DNA from: Vulcanimicrobiales bacterium
GTDB lineage: Bacteria; Vulcanimicrobiota; Vulcanimicrobiia; Vulcanimicrobiales; Vulcanimicrobiaceae
Reading direction: 5' to 3'
Length of the DNA: 21,917 bases
Assembly: GCA_038231455.1 (NCBI GenBank)
Contig: JBBRLI010000035.1
Location: forward strand, 1-21,917
The notes beneath the pieces were generated by a model that saw nothing but the letters and a program-made list of their open reading frames with translations, did no database searches and had not been told where the DNA came from. Position numbers and translations under genes: made by a program. Positions 8,824 to 17,815 of the stretch are shown here, one piece after another (position 1 is the first letter of the stretch; each line of letters begins with the position of its first letter).

Positions 8824-9545
8824 TTGCCTTCGAGTTCGGCGGGCATCACGAACGTCGGACCATCGAACACATCCGGAGTGACGGGCAGAATCGGCTTGGT
8901 GCGCGCGAAGGCCATCACGTCGTCGACTGAGGAAAATTCCGCCAGTCGTTCGAGGTGTTTTATGGTTGGAAAAATCATTGCCATGCGCCCTTGGCCGTAT
9001 TCGTCGAGCGCTTCATTCGGACGAATCCAGCGCCCGTCGTGGGTCTCGGAGGCATCGGCTTCGGCCGCCTGGTCGCGGGGCGCTCGCGCGACAAAGAAAC
9101 GCGCATCGAAGCGGCGCGTTTCGACGGTCGGCGTGATCCAGTGCGAGAAATAGGCGAGCGCCGATGCGTCGAGAAATACATCGAGATCGTGCACGATCGC
9201 CTCGAACGTGCGCGCGCCGACGAGTAATTCGCGTCGCGTTGCATCGAGCAGGTCGGCGGAAAGTTCGAGCGGAGCACCACTTGCGGTGCAGCCGAAGAAG
9301 AGTCCGCACTCCTCAAACGATTCGCGAATCGCGGCGACGACGAACCGCGGCTCGACGTCGCGATGAACCTCGCCCACTAACCGTACGGCAAGCGCCGCAT
9401 CGTCCGCATCGACCGCACCGCCCGGATAGACGAACACATCCGGTACGAATTTTGCTTTCGCACTTCGCCGGACCATATAGACTTCGAATCCGTCGCGCGC
9501 GGGGCGCAGACACATCACGGTCGCAGCAGGGCGGGGCTCGCTCAC
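8817..9545 (-). CDS. Nudix hydrolase (NUDT19-like)
   Basis: PRPAATV, FVYPGG, AAIRESFEECG, SHWITP, RRFDARFF, FPT; overlaps the MBL start. Confidence 0.9.
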   Translation of the reverse strand: MSEPRPAATVMCLRPARDGFEVYMVRRSAKAKFVPDVFVYPGGAVDADDAALAVRLVGEVHRDVEPRFVVAAIRESFEECGLFFGCTASGAPLELSADLLDATRRELLVGARTFEAIVHDLDVFLDASALAYFSHWITPTVETRRFDARFFVARAPRDQAAEADASETHDGRWIRPNEALDEYGQGRMAMIFPTIKHLERLAEFSSVDDVMAFARTKPILPVTPDVFDGPTFVMPAELEGKW

Positions 9546-9550
9546 TTCGG

Positions 9551-9576
9551 GGAACTCGTCTTTCGGCGGTTTCGTT
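9551..9576 (+). promoter_or_regulatory. ECF sigma factor-type promoter
   Basis: GGAAC-N18-GTT resembles the SigR/SigH consensus; lies directly before ATG 9579/9585. Confidence 0.45.
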
Positions 9577-9578
9577 GA

Positions 9579-9989
9579 ATGGATATGAACACACGCTTGG
9601 CGGGCTTGGCCCTTGTTTTCTCCCTCGCGCTCGGCACTTCGGCCTTTGCCGATCCGCAGCCGGCGGCAACGCCCATCCCGCTGCCGACCTTACCCGCGAC
9701 AAAGTCGCTCGACCCGGTCGTCCAGTATGGCGCCCAGGTACTTCAGGTGCTCATTCAGCGCCAGAACCAGAACCAGCAGAACAATACGCGCGGAACCGTC
9801 ACCTACTACCGCCGCTTTGACCTTCAGGTCCAGACGGGCAACAATGCGTTCCGCACGGTTCATCTGCATCAGGGCACGGAGATCAATCCGCGCGGGACGA
9901 CGCTCCAAAACGGGATGACCGTCCAGATCAACGGTCAGGCGCAGTCGGACGGCTCGATCAACGCAAATCAGATCAACGTCATCCAGTAA
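9579..9989 (+). CDS. Secreted hypothetical protein with a small beta-rich (OB-fold/DUF5666-like) domain; start may be 9585
   Basis: Signal peptide ending AFA, Pro-rich linker, then GTV...LQNGMTVQINGQAQSDGSINANQINV. Confidence 0.75.
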   Translation: MDMNTRLAGLALVFSLALGTSAFADPQPAATPIPLPTLPATKSLDPVVQYGAQVLQVLIQRQNQNQQNNTRGTVTYYRRFDLQVQTGNNAFRTVHLHQGTEINPRGTTLQNGMTVQINGQAQSDGSINANQINVIQ

Positions 9990-10103
9990 GGCCCTTGCTC
10001 CAGCGCTTAGCGATGTAATGGTGCGTGGCGGCATCTAAGGTCACGGTCGGCCCGTTCCCTTGGAGCGAGTCGACAACCGATCGCATAGCTGAAAGGGACT
10101 TAT

Positions 10104-10715
10104 ATGAAGATCATCCGTTCGATTGCCGCAGTGATGACACTGGGCTTGGCAGCAGCGGTGGCAGCACCGGCGCTAGCCATGGATAAAATGGACTCGGGCA
10201 TGAAGGGGATGTCCATGGCGCGCTTCGGCGGCGGCGTCTACACCGGCAAGCCGGACTTGCCGCTCACGCTCTCGGTGGTACTCGCCGGCGACGGCCCCAA
10301 GGAATTCAAGACGGTTAAGCTCGTCCACGCGCTTGCCGGAGACAAAACTGCCGGCGAAGTCGCTTCGCTCACCAAGAAATACGGCGCTGCGAACGTCGCG
10401 CAGTTCCTCAAGACGTTTGATTTTGTGATCAACGATTCGCTTGCGATCGTCACCAAGGCGAAGATCGCGCTTCCCTCGGATCCCGAGCCCGATCCCAAGG
10501 ACGGCAAAGCACTCGCGGCCGCCCTGTATAAGGCTGGCACGGATTCCAAAGGCAAGTTCACCGTCGAATACATGCTCGACCATCTCGTCTCGCACCCCGT
10601 GCACGTGCAAGTCATGAAAGACATCGACAAGAAATACGGCGTGAAAGCCGACGCAACGTACCACGTTGCGCTCACCCAAGTAATGTCTGACCTCAAAGCC
10701 GTCTACGGCCTCTAG
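10104..10715 (+). CDS. Secreted helical protein of unknown function with Met-rich N-terminus
   Basis: AAGGGA SD, signal peptide ending ALA, C/G-rich third codon positions, terminator directly downstream. Confidence 0.88.
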   Translation: MKIIRSIAAVMTLGLAAAVAAPALAMDKMDSGMKGMSMARFGGGVYTGKPDLPLTLSVVLAGDGPKEFKTVKLVHALAGDKTAGEVASLTKKYGAANVAQFLKTFDFVINDSLAIVTKAKIALPSDPEPDPKDGKALAAALYKAGTDSKGKFTVEYMLDHLVSHPVHVQVMKDIDKKYGVKADATYHVALTQVMSDLKAVYGL

Positions 10716-10734
10716 ACCCCGGCCTGGAAAACCA

Positions 10735-10771
10735 GAAGAGGCATGCCGATCGGCATGCCTCTTCGCTTTTT
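10735..10771. terminator. Intrinsic terminator, probably bidirectional
   Basis: Perfect 30-bp palindrome GAAGAGGCATGCCGATCGGCATGCCTCTTC (10735-10764), followed by GCTTTTT on + and TGGTTTT on -. Confidence 0.88.
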
Positions 10772-10772
10772 G

Positions 10773-11035
10773 ATTGTCTCGCAGTGCCGCGAAACGCGGT
10801 CCTACGAGGCGTCGTCCTTCGGTGGATCAGTTGCTTCCAAGAAGCCCCTCCTCTGAACGTTTTCAGCGCTTTGCAACTAGACGTGTTCACGTCCCCGCAC
10901 GGCGCGCTTCACAGCCGTTACGGTGAGTGATACCCAGGTGGATCTTGCGTTTGACCGCCCTCCTGCTGGGGCTTTTGCGTTGAATTTACCTCGAGGTGTT
11001 CGCATCATACTCCTCGGTTTGGGGACCCACAATAG
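10773..11035. ncRNA. Candidate structured non-coding RNA of unrecognised family
   Basis: Long intergenic gap in an otherwise tightly packed region, many complementary segments and an adjacent bidirectional terminator (details in findings). Family not recognised. Confidence 0.45.
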
Positions 11036-11147
11036 AGGCATTTACCACCTACTTTTATCGTAGGGAATCCATGCACAAACCGGCCGTTCGGTTCGTGCGG
11101 CGGATGCACAAACTGCGAAGCCTTCCTCCGAGGGTCGGCCCCGAAGA

Positions 11148-11867
11148 TTGACATTTCCCCCGGTGTTGTCGAGGGCGTACCGTGCGTTTACGCAAAGACT
11201 CATCCGCGATGCCACCTCGCCCGGAGCGCCGTTGAAGCTCTTTATCCGTCGAGCCGAAGCCGCGCTGATTTTCTCCGCATCGTTCGCGCTTGCCGCGCTC
11301 GTTGTGATCAACAAGACGGCCGTGAGCGCGTATCTTGCGAAGATCGGGATTTTTTCGTATCCCCTGGCGATTTTAATTTTTGCTATCGTCGCCTCGGCGC
11401 CGTTCTCCGTGACCGATGCGATTGCGGTCATGAATGGCGTCGTCTTCGGGCCGCTCTGGGGATCGGTCATTAATGCTGTGGGTCTGGTTCTCGCGGCGAT
11501 CGTCGGCTACGTGATCGCCCTACGCACGAGCAAACTGCTCGACATCGAGGCCAACGTCGCCCGGCTGCCCGCCTGGGCACGGCACTTCCGGATCGGCTCG
11601 TGGCAGTTTCTGCTGACCGTGCGGATCATTCCGGGACTGGGCGGCACGATTGCAACCCAGACCGCTGCGGCACTCAAAGTGCCGCTTTTCCGGCACGTCT
11701 GGACGATGTGCGCCATCGCAGTCCCGATTTGCACGCTCCTTGCCGTGACCGGCAATGGTCTAGCGGGCGTCTTGGAAGCGCGCGTCATGGTGCCGACGAA
11801 GAAATATATTCACGACCTTCGTCCGCATCAGCAACCTTCACCCAACCCGACTGCGAGCCAGCCTTGA
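11148..11867 (+). CDS. VTT/TVP38/TMEM64 (DedA superfamily) membrane protein; start uncertain
   Basis: GVVFGPLWGSVINAVG...GYVIA and LLTVRIIPG motifs; several TM helices. Confidence 0.8.
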   Translation: MTFPPVLSRAYRAFTQRLIRDATSPGAPLKLFIRRAEAALIFSASFALAALVVINKTAVSAYLAKIGIFSYPLAILIFAIVASAPFSVTDAIAVMNGVVFGPLWGSVINAVGLVLAAIVGYVIALRTSKLLDIEANVARLPAWARHFRIGSWQFLLTVRIIPGLGGTIATQTAAALKVPLFRHVWTMCAIAVPICTLLAVTGNGLAGVLEARVMVPTKKYIHDLRPHQQPSPNPTASQP

Positions 11868-13048
11868 ACGTCGCCCTCGTCGATACACCCGACGCGCTTG
11901 CCGCCGTGTGCGAACGCATCGCTCGTTCGCCGCGCGTCGGCGTCGATACGGAATTCCATAACGAGAAGAGCTACACGGCGCATCTGATGGTGATTCAGCT
12001 TGCGTTCGATGACGGCGTTGCGATCGTCGACCCGCTCGCGCTGCGCGACCTTCGCCCGCTCATCGATGCGCTTTCCGGCGCGACCGTCGTCGGACATGCG
12101 CTCTCGAGCGATTTGCGGATCTTCGCAGATACCTTCGATCGGTTGCCCGGGGCGGCGTTCGATACGCAAGCGGCGGCAGCGTTTTGCGGTTACGGACTGA
12201 CGATATCGCTGCTCGATTTGGTTCGCGAACTTGCCGGCGTCACGCTAAAAAAATCGCAGACCGTCTCGGACTGGAGCATGCGTCCGTTCTCGCCGAAGCA
12301 ACTCGAGTATCTCGTCGATGATGTGAAGTATCTCTTTCCGCTCCACGATGCCTTACAGAAAAAGCTGATCGAACGCGGTCGCGCAGAGTGGGCCGAAGAA
12401 GAGATGCGCGCGCTCGTCGACATCGACCGCTACCGCAGCGAATCGGCGCGTTTGTATCTGCGGGTCTCCGGTAACGCGCGCATGAATCGCCGCGAACTCG
12501 GCATTTTGAGCGAGCTTGCGATCCTGCGCGACCGGCTCGCTCGCGAACGCAACATCCCGCTTAAATACGTGATCCCGGACGACGTCCTCGTTGGTCTTGT
12601 TTCGCTGCGCCCAAAACAAGTCGACGAGCTTTCGCAACTGCGACGCCTCGATAATGGGATTAAGAAACACAGCGGCCCGCAGATCATCGAGGCGATCGCG
12701 CGAGGCGAGGCGATTCCCGAGGACGACTTGCCGCCCCGCGCCCCGCGCGCGCTCTCCTCGCAGCGCGAGGCGCTCGTCACCACGATGAATGTGCTCATCA
12801 GCGCCGTCGCAGCCGAAAACGACTTACCCTCGACGCTGTTGCTCTCGCGCAGTGGTCTCGAACGCATCGCCCGCGATTTGCCCGGCTCGGCCGATGAACT
12901 CGTCTCGCTCCTCGGGCTAGCTCCATGGCGTCGCTCGCTTGTCGTCGACCCGCTTTGGGAACTGTTGACGGGCGAACGCGTGGTACGAATCGAGGGTTAC
13001 GCTGAAGGCAACCCGCGTACGAGCTTCGATCTGACCGCAGCAGGCTAG
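11864..13048 (+). CDS. rnd: Ribonuclease D (DEDDy 3'-5' exonuclease plus HRDC)
   Basis: TTG 11864 overlaps the upstream TGA. VGVDTEF, IQL, GHALSSDL, FDTQ, SDWSMRP, YLVDDV, RDRLARERNIP. Confidence 0.92.
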   Translation: MNVALVDTPDALAAVCERIARSPRVGVDTEFHNEKSYTAHLMVIQLAFDDGVAIVDPLALRDLRPLIDALSGATVVGHALSSDLRIFADTFDRLPGAAFDTQAAAAFCGYGLTISLLDLVRELAGVTLKKSQTVSDWSMRPFSPKQLEYLVDDVKYLFPLHDALQKKLIERGRAEWAEEEMRALVDIDRYRSESARLYLRVSGNARMNRRELGILSELAILRDRLARERNIPLKYVIPDDVLVGLVSLRPKQVDELSQLRRLDNGIKKHSGPQIIEAIARGEAIPEDDLPPRAPRALSSQREALVTTMNVLISAVAAENDLPSTLLLSRSGLERIARDLPGSADELVSLLGLAPWRRSLVVDPLWELLTGERVVRIEGYAEGNPRTSFDLTAAG

Positions 13049-13154
13049 GTCAGACGACGCCGGACTAGAGACACGGTTGATCGATCTGCGCGTCGTGCCA
13101 ACTGAACGCGCCTGAAGCTGCTCCCAGGGCGATCGAAAGTGCGAGGGCGATGCG

Positions 13155-13583
13155 TCAGGCCGGCCAGTTGAATGCGACCGAACGCGGCGTACCGGGCCGT
13201 TGGGATCCGACGTTTGATAGCTCTCGTTGCAAGACCGTGACGAGTCCGTTTGGGAACAAGGCGACCACGAACAAAAATCCAACGAAATAGGGCAAAACGG
13301 CTCGCGTACAGCTGTCAAACGCCGTCGTTAGGTGACCGGCTGTGGAGAGCTCGAAGACGATTTGCCGGACGACAAACACGATCCAGGCCGCATTGAAGTA
13401 TGCTAGCGTCACCGTCGACCAAAGAGCAAACTGCGGCCAGCGCATACGTAACCCCAAAATTAATAGGCACGATAGACCCGCGAAGCCGAGCGGCCCGAAC
13501 CATTTCGGAACGAGAAATCCGGCTGTTGCTAGGACGCCCGCGAGCGCGAGTACCACGGTTCTCACAGTCGCTCTCCCTATCAT
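13155..13583 (-). CDS. Hypothetical multi-pass membrane protein (frame stays open after the TGA until TAG at 13065)
   Basis: From ATG 13583 (MIGRATVRTVVLALAGVLATAGFLV...), about four hydrophobic segments. Confidence 0.55.
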   Translation of the reverse strand: MIGRATVRTVVLALAGVLATAGFLVPKWFGPLGFAGLSCLLILGLRMRWPQFALWSTVTLAYFNAAWIVFVVRQIVFELSTAGHLTTAFDSCTRAVLPYFVGFLFVVALFPNGLVTVLQRELSNVGSQRPGTPRSVAFNWPA

Positions 13584-13732
13584 CGAGCGTACCCGTTGTT
13601 TCGCGGAACTGCGGCCCGTGCGGCCCGATTTTTCATCGGGAGCGCCAGCGTCCCGCGCAAGGGCCGTTTGGAACCCGCTTGCGACGTAAATCGTGAAGTG
13701 CGGGGAACTTTTCCGGCGAAGCTTGTCGGGCA

Positions 13733-16474
13733 ATGAATTCGACGCATCCGAACAGTTTTGCCGCCAAAGATACGCTCCGAGTCGGGGACCGCACGTACAC
13801 GTATTTTCGCCTCGCGGCGCTTGAAAAAGCCGGCTTCGACCTGAAGACGCTGCCGTTCTCGCTGAAGATTCTGCTCGAGAACTTGGTCCGCTTCGAAGAC
13901 GGCCGCAGCGTGAGTAAAGCCGATATCGAGGCGCTCGCCGCCTGGAAGCCCGGCACCACGGTCGATCGCGAGATCGCGTACCGCCCCGCGCGCGTGCTGC
14001 TTCAGGATTTCACGGGCGTGCCGTGTGTCGTCGACTTGGCTGCGATGCGCGACGCCGTTGCAACGATGGGCGGCGATCCCAAGCGCATCAACCCGCTGCA
14101 GCCCGTTGAACTTGTGATCGACCACTCGGTTCAAGTCGATGCGTTCGGCGCCGAGGATGCCTTCGAGAAGAATGCGCAGCTCGAGTTCGATCGTAATGGC
14201 GAACGCTATGCCTTTCTCAAATGGGGTCAGGAAGCACTCGATAATTTCCGCGCCGTCCCGCCCGATACCGGAATCGTGCACCAAGTCAATATCGAATTTC
14301 TTGCACGTGTTATTTTCGGCGCCGGCGGCGCTGGTGAGGGCGCGCCAAAAGAAGATGCACCGCTTGCGTATCCCGATACCGTTGTTGGTACGGATTCGCA
14401 TACCACGATGGCAAACGGCGTCGGCGTCGTCGCCTGGGGTGTCGGCGGTATCGAGGCGGAAGCCGCGATGCTCGGCCAGCCGGTCACGATGCTCATTCCG
14501 GAAGTCGTTGGATTCAAGCTGCGCGGGAAGCTTAAAGAAGGCGTGACCGCAACCGACCTCGTGCTGCAAGTGACGCAGATGCTTCGGAAGAAGGGCGTCG
14601 TCGGCAAGTTCGTCGAGTTCTACGGCGCGGGTCTTGCGAATCTCGCCGTCTCGGATCGCACGACGATCGGCAACATGTCGCCCGAATACGGTTCGACGAT
14701 TGCGATCTTCCCGATCGATGCGCAGACGCTCGACTATCTGCGCCTTACCGGCCGCAGCCAAGAACAGATCGCTCTCGTGGAAGCCTATGCGAAAGCGCAA
14801 GGCCTCTTCCGCGATGATACGACACCCGATCCGCGCTACTCCGATACGCTCGAACTCGATCTCTCGATCGTCGAACCGAATCTTGCCGGACCGCGCCGTC
14901 CGCAAGATCGCGTGCCACTCTCCGCGGTGAAGTCGACGTTCAACGTCGCACTCGAAGAGTGGCAGAACGCCCGCGGCGGATCGCCCGCGGCCGTCGATCG
15001 TTTCGAAGGCGAAGGCGGCGGCACGGCCGTTGCAACGCGCCCGCGCACGGAACTCTCCGATGGCGCCGTCGTGATCGCCGCGATCACGAGTTGCACGAAT
15101 ACTTCGAACCCCGCCGTCATGATCGGTGCGGGACTGCTCGCGAAAAAAGCGATCGAACGCGGTCTGCAGACACAGCCGTGGGTGAAGACCTCGCTTGCAC
15201 CGGGTTCGAAAGTCGTTACCGACTATCTGCTCAAAGCCGGTTTGAATACGTATCTCGATCAGCTCGGCTTCAACTTGGTCGGCTACGGCTGCACGACGTG
15301 TATCGGTAATAGCGGACCGCTTGCCGACGAAGTTGCCTCAGCCGTCGCCGAACACGACATGATCGTCGCCGCGGTGCTCTCGGGCAATCGTAACTTCGAA
15401 GGCCGCATCCATCCGCAAGTGCGCGCAAACTATCTTGCATCTCCGCCGCTCGTTGTCGCATACGCGCTCGCAGGACGTATGGATATCGATCTAACGACTG
15501 AACCGATCGGACGCGGATCGAAAGGCGAGGAGATTTTCCTCAAAGACATCTGGCCGACCAACGCGGAGATCGAACAAACGATTGCGACCTCGGTCACCGA
15601 GGCGATGTTCCGCTCGCGCTACGCCGACGTCTTCGCCGGCGACAAACGCTGGCAGACGCTCGAAGTCCCCAAAGGCGAACGCTACGCGTGGGATGAGAAA
15701 AGCGAATACGTCAAACGCGCGCCGTACTTCGATGGCATGCCCGCGCAGCCGGCGCCGCTGGCCGACATCAGCGGTGCTCGTGTGCTCGCCGTTCTCGGTG
15801 ATTCGGTGACGACCGACCACATCTCACCGGCCGGCTCGATTGCGAAGAACTCCGCAGCCGCAAAATACCTGATCGAAAAAGGCATCGATCCCGCCGACTT
15901 CAATTCGTATGGCGCGCGTCGAGGCAATCACGAAGTGATGATGCGCGGCACGTTTGCCAACACGCGTCTGCGCAATCAGCTCGTTCCCGGCGTCGAGGGC
16001 AGCATGACGCGCTACCTCCCGACAAACGAGCAGATGTCGATCTTCGATGCTTCGGCAAAATACCGCGGCACCAAGACACCGCTGATGATTCTCGCTGGAA
16101 AAGAATACGGCTCGGGTTCGTCGCGCGATTGGGCGGCGAAAGGTCCGATGCTGCTCGGCATCCGCGCCGTGATCGCGGAATCGTTCGAACGGATTCATCG
16201 CTCAAATCTCATCGGGATGGGAATTCTTCCGCTGGAATATCCGCAGGGCAAAGACTGCGCCGCCCTCGGCCTTTCCGGTGAGGAAACAATTGCCATCACC
16301 GGCATTGCGGGTGGCATCACGCCGCGGATGACCGTGAAGGTCAGCGCGACCGGTGCCGACGGGAAAGTGACGACATTCGATGCGCTCGTCCGAATCGACA
16401 CCCCTGACGAAGCCGAATACTACCGGCACGGGGGAATTCTCCAATACGTCCTCCGCCAAATCGTCGCGAAGTAA
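13733..16474 (+). CDS. acnA: Aconitate hydratase A
   Basis: [72 protein letters not shown]. Confidence 0.98.
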   Translation: MNSTHPNSFAAKDTLRVGDRTYTYFRLAALEKAGFDLKTLPFSLKILLENLVRFEDGRSVSKADIEALAAWKPGTTVDREIAYRPARVLLQDFTGVPCVVDLAAMRDAVATMGGDPKRINPLQPVELVIDHSVQVDAFGAEDAFEKNAQLEFDRNGERYAFLKWGQEALDNFRAVPPDTGIVHQVNIEFLARVIFGAGGAGEGAPKEDAPLAYPDTVVGTDSHTTMANGVGVVAWGVGGIEAEAAMLGQPVTMLIPEVVGFKLRGKLKEGVTATDLVLQVTQMLRKKGVVGKFVEFYGAGLANLAVSDRTTIGNMSPEYGSTIAIFPIDAQTLDYLRLTGRSQEQIALVEAYAKAQGLFRDDTTPDPRYSDTLELDLSIVEPNLAGPRRPQDRVPLSAVKSTFNVALEEWQNARGGSPAAVDRFEGEGGGTAVATRPRTELSDGAVVIAAITSCTNTSNPAVMIGAGLLAKKAIERGLQTQPWVKTSLAPGSKVVTDYLLKAGLNTYLDQLGFNLVGYGCTTCIGNSGPLADEVASAVAEHDMIVAAVLSGNRNFEGRIHPQVRANYLASPPLVVAYALAGRMDIDLTTEPIGRGSKGEEIFLKDIWPTNAEIEQTIATSVTEAMFRSRYADVFAGDKRWQTLEVPKGERYAWDEKSEYVKRAPYFDGMPAQPAPLADISGARVLAVLGDSVTTDHISPAGSIAKNSAAAKYLIEKGIDPADFNSYGARRGNHEVMMRGTFANTRLRNQLVPGVEGSMTRYLPTNEQMSIFDASAKYRGTKTPLMILAGKEYGSGSSRDWAAKGPMLLGIRAVIAESFERIHRSNLIGMGILPLEYPQGKDCAALGLSGEETIAITGIAGGITPRMTVKVSATGADGKVTTFDALVRIDTPDEAEYYRHGGILQYVLRQIVAK

Positions 16475-16475
16475 G

Positions 16476-17777
16476 ATGCACAACGGAGCGCACGCGACCG
16501 CTCCCCTCCGACCCGATATCCCCGGTCTGCCCGAAAACGCGGTCGTTATCGCGTTTGAAGGCCCCGACCGGTACGCATCGATCGGCGGCCTTGGCACGCG
16601 CGTTGCCGCGCTTGCAAGAGCGCTCGGCGAGCACGGCGTGAAGACCGATCTGATCTTCGTCGGCGACCCGACGTTTAAGCCCGTCGAACCCGGCGGACCG
16701 AAGCTCACCTTGCGCCGCTGGAGCGGCTGGATTTCGAGCTTCCATCCGCGTAACGCGTACGACGGTGAAGAAGAGAAAATCCGCGACTTCGATGCCTCGA
16801 TCCCGGAGTTCGTCGCAACGCACATCGTCGCGCCGGCAAAAGAACGCGGCGAGCGTGTCGTCGTTTTGCTGGAAGACTGGCAAACCGCGAACGTTGCCGT
16901 GTTGCTCGATCGTCTCTTACGCGAGCGCGGTTTACGCGAGTCGGCAACGCTTTTGTGGAATGCCAACAACGTCTATGGGTTCCACCGCATCGATTGGCGA
17001 GCGCTCGAAAAAGCGACGCAGGTCACCGCGGTCAGCAAGTACATGAAGTTCGAGCTCGGCTACGTGCACGTTAGTTCGCTTGTGATCCCAAACGGCATCC
17101 ACCCGAATATTCTCGATGGGCCGGGCCGACATCTGGTCGACGCGTTCAAGGCGCAGTTTAAAGGCAAGCCAATGCTGTGCAAAGTTGGCCGGTTCGATCC
17201 CGATAAGAACTGGATGCAAGCGATGGACGCGGTCGCCGAGTTGCGGAACGACGGCCACGATGCGCGCCTGATCGTGCGCGGCGGTAAAGAAGCCTACGGC
17301 GATCTCGTGTTCGACCGCGCGCGCGAACGCGGCCTTGTCGTCGAGCGCATCGCCTACGAAGGCGATGACATCGATGAACTTGCTACCGCGATCGGTCGCA
17401 GCCAAGCCCACGTGATCCATCTGCGCGCGTTTTTGAGCGAGGAGACGCTCTTCGCGCTCTACGCTGCCTGCGACGCGGTGCTCGCCAACAGCGGCAAAGA
17501 ACCGTTTGGACTCGTCGGATTAGAAGTCATGGCAGCTGGTGGTATTGCCGTCTGCGGTGCAACGGGTGAAGAGTACGCCGAGCCCTTCGTCAACGCAATC
17601 GTATGCGACACAAGCGACGGCCGCGAACTTGCCACGTACCTCAAAGGCGTAACCGAAGACCACGACGCCGCAGAAAAAATGCGCGCCGCAGGCTACGCAA
17701 CGGCCTCGCGCTATACGTGGGGCAACGTTCTGGCAACACTCGGTCGCAAGATTACGTACCTCGAACACCCGGTGTAA
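16476..17777 (+). CDS. Glycosyltransferase family 4 (GT-B, glycogen synthase-like)
   Basis: ATG 1 nt after the acnA stop; GGLG, EDWQT, VIPNGI, VGRFDPDKN, EPFGLVGLEVMAAG. Confidence 0.9.
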   Translation: MHNGAHATAPLRPDIPGLPENAVVIAFEGPDRYASIGGLGTRVAALARALGEHGVKTDLIFVGDPTFKPVEPGGPKLTLRRWSGWISSFHPRNAYDGEEEKIRDFDASIPEFVATHIVAPAKERGERVVVLLEDWQTANVAVLLDRLLRERGLRESATLLWNANNVYGFHRIDWRALEKATQVTAVSKYMKFELGYVHVSSLVIPNGIHPNILDGPGRHLVDAFKAQFKGKPMLCKVGRFDPDKNWMQAMDAVAELRNDGHDARLIVRGGKEAYGDLVFDRARERGLVVERIAYEGDDIDELATAIGRSQAHVIHLRAFLSEETLFALYAACDAVLANSGKEPFGLVGLEVMAAGGIAVCGATGEEYAEPFVNAIVCDTSDGRELATYLKGVTEDHDAAEKMRAAGYATASRYTWGNVLATLGRKITYLEHPV

Positions 17778-17815
17778 TTCGATAGAGGAGGGCTCTCCAT
17801 CGGGAGGGTCGTCCA

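Noticed and set aside
9761-9782. CCAGAA short tandem repeat
   Set aside because: Under three copies, encoding a QNQNQQN linker; too short to imply phase variation.
10773-11035. Assignment to raiA-motif RNA, c-di-GMP-I riboswitch or IS200/IS605 end
   Set aside because: Only short words (GATCCAC, CCAGCAGG, ACGCAAAAGC, GAAGCCCC) resemble remembered consensus fragments, and their order and pairing do not fit; needs cmscan.
11600-11863. Long N-terminal extension of RNase D in the track
   Set aside because: Overlaps the VTT gene; TTG 11864 gives the normal domain start with a TTGA coupling.
13580-14905. 441-aa minus-strand ORF
   Set aside because: Antisense shadow of acnA caused by codon bias.
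16380-16475. GT4 N-terminal extension in the track
   Set aside because: Overlaps acnA; ATG 16476 is the more plausible start.
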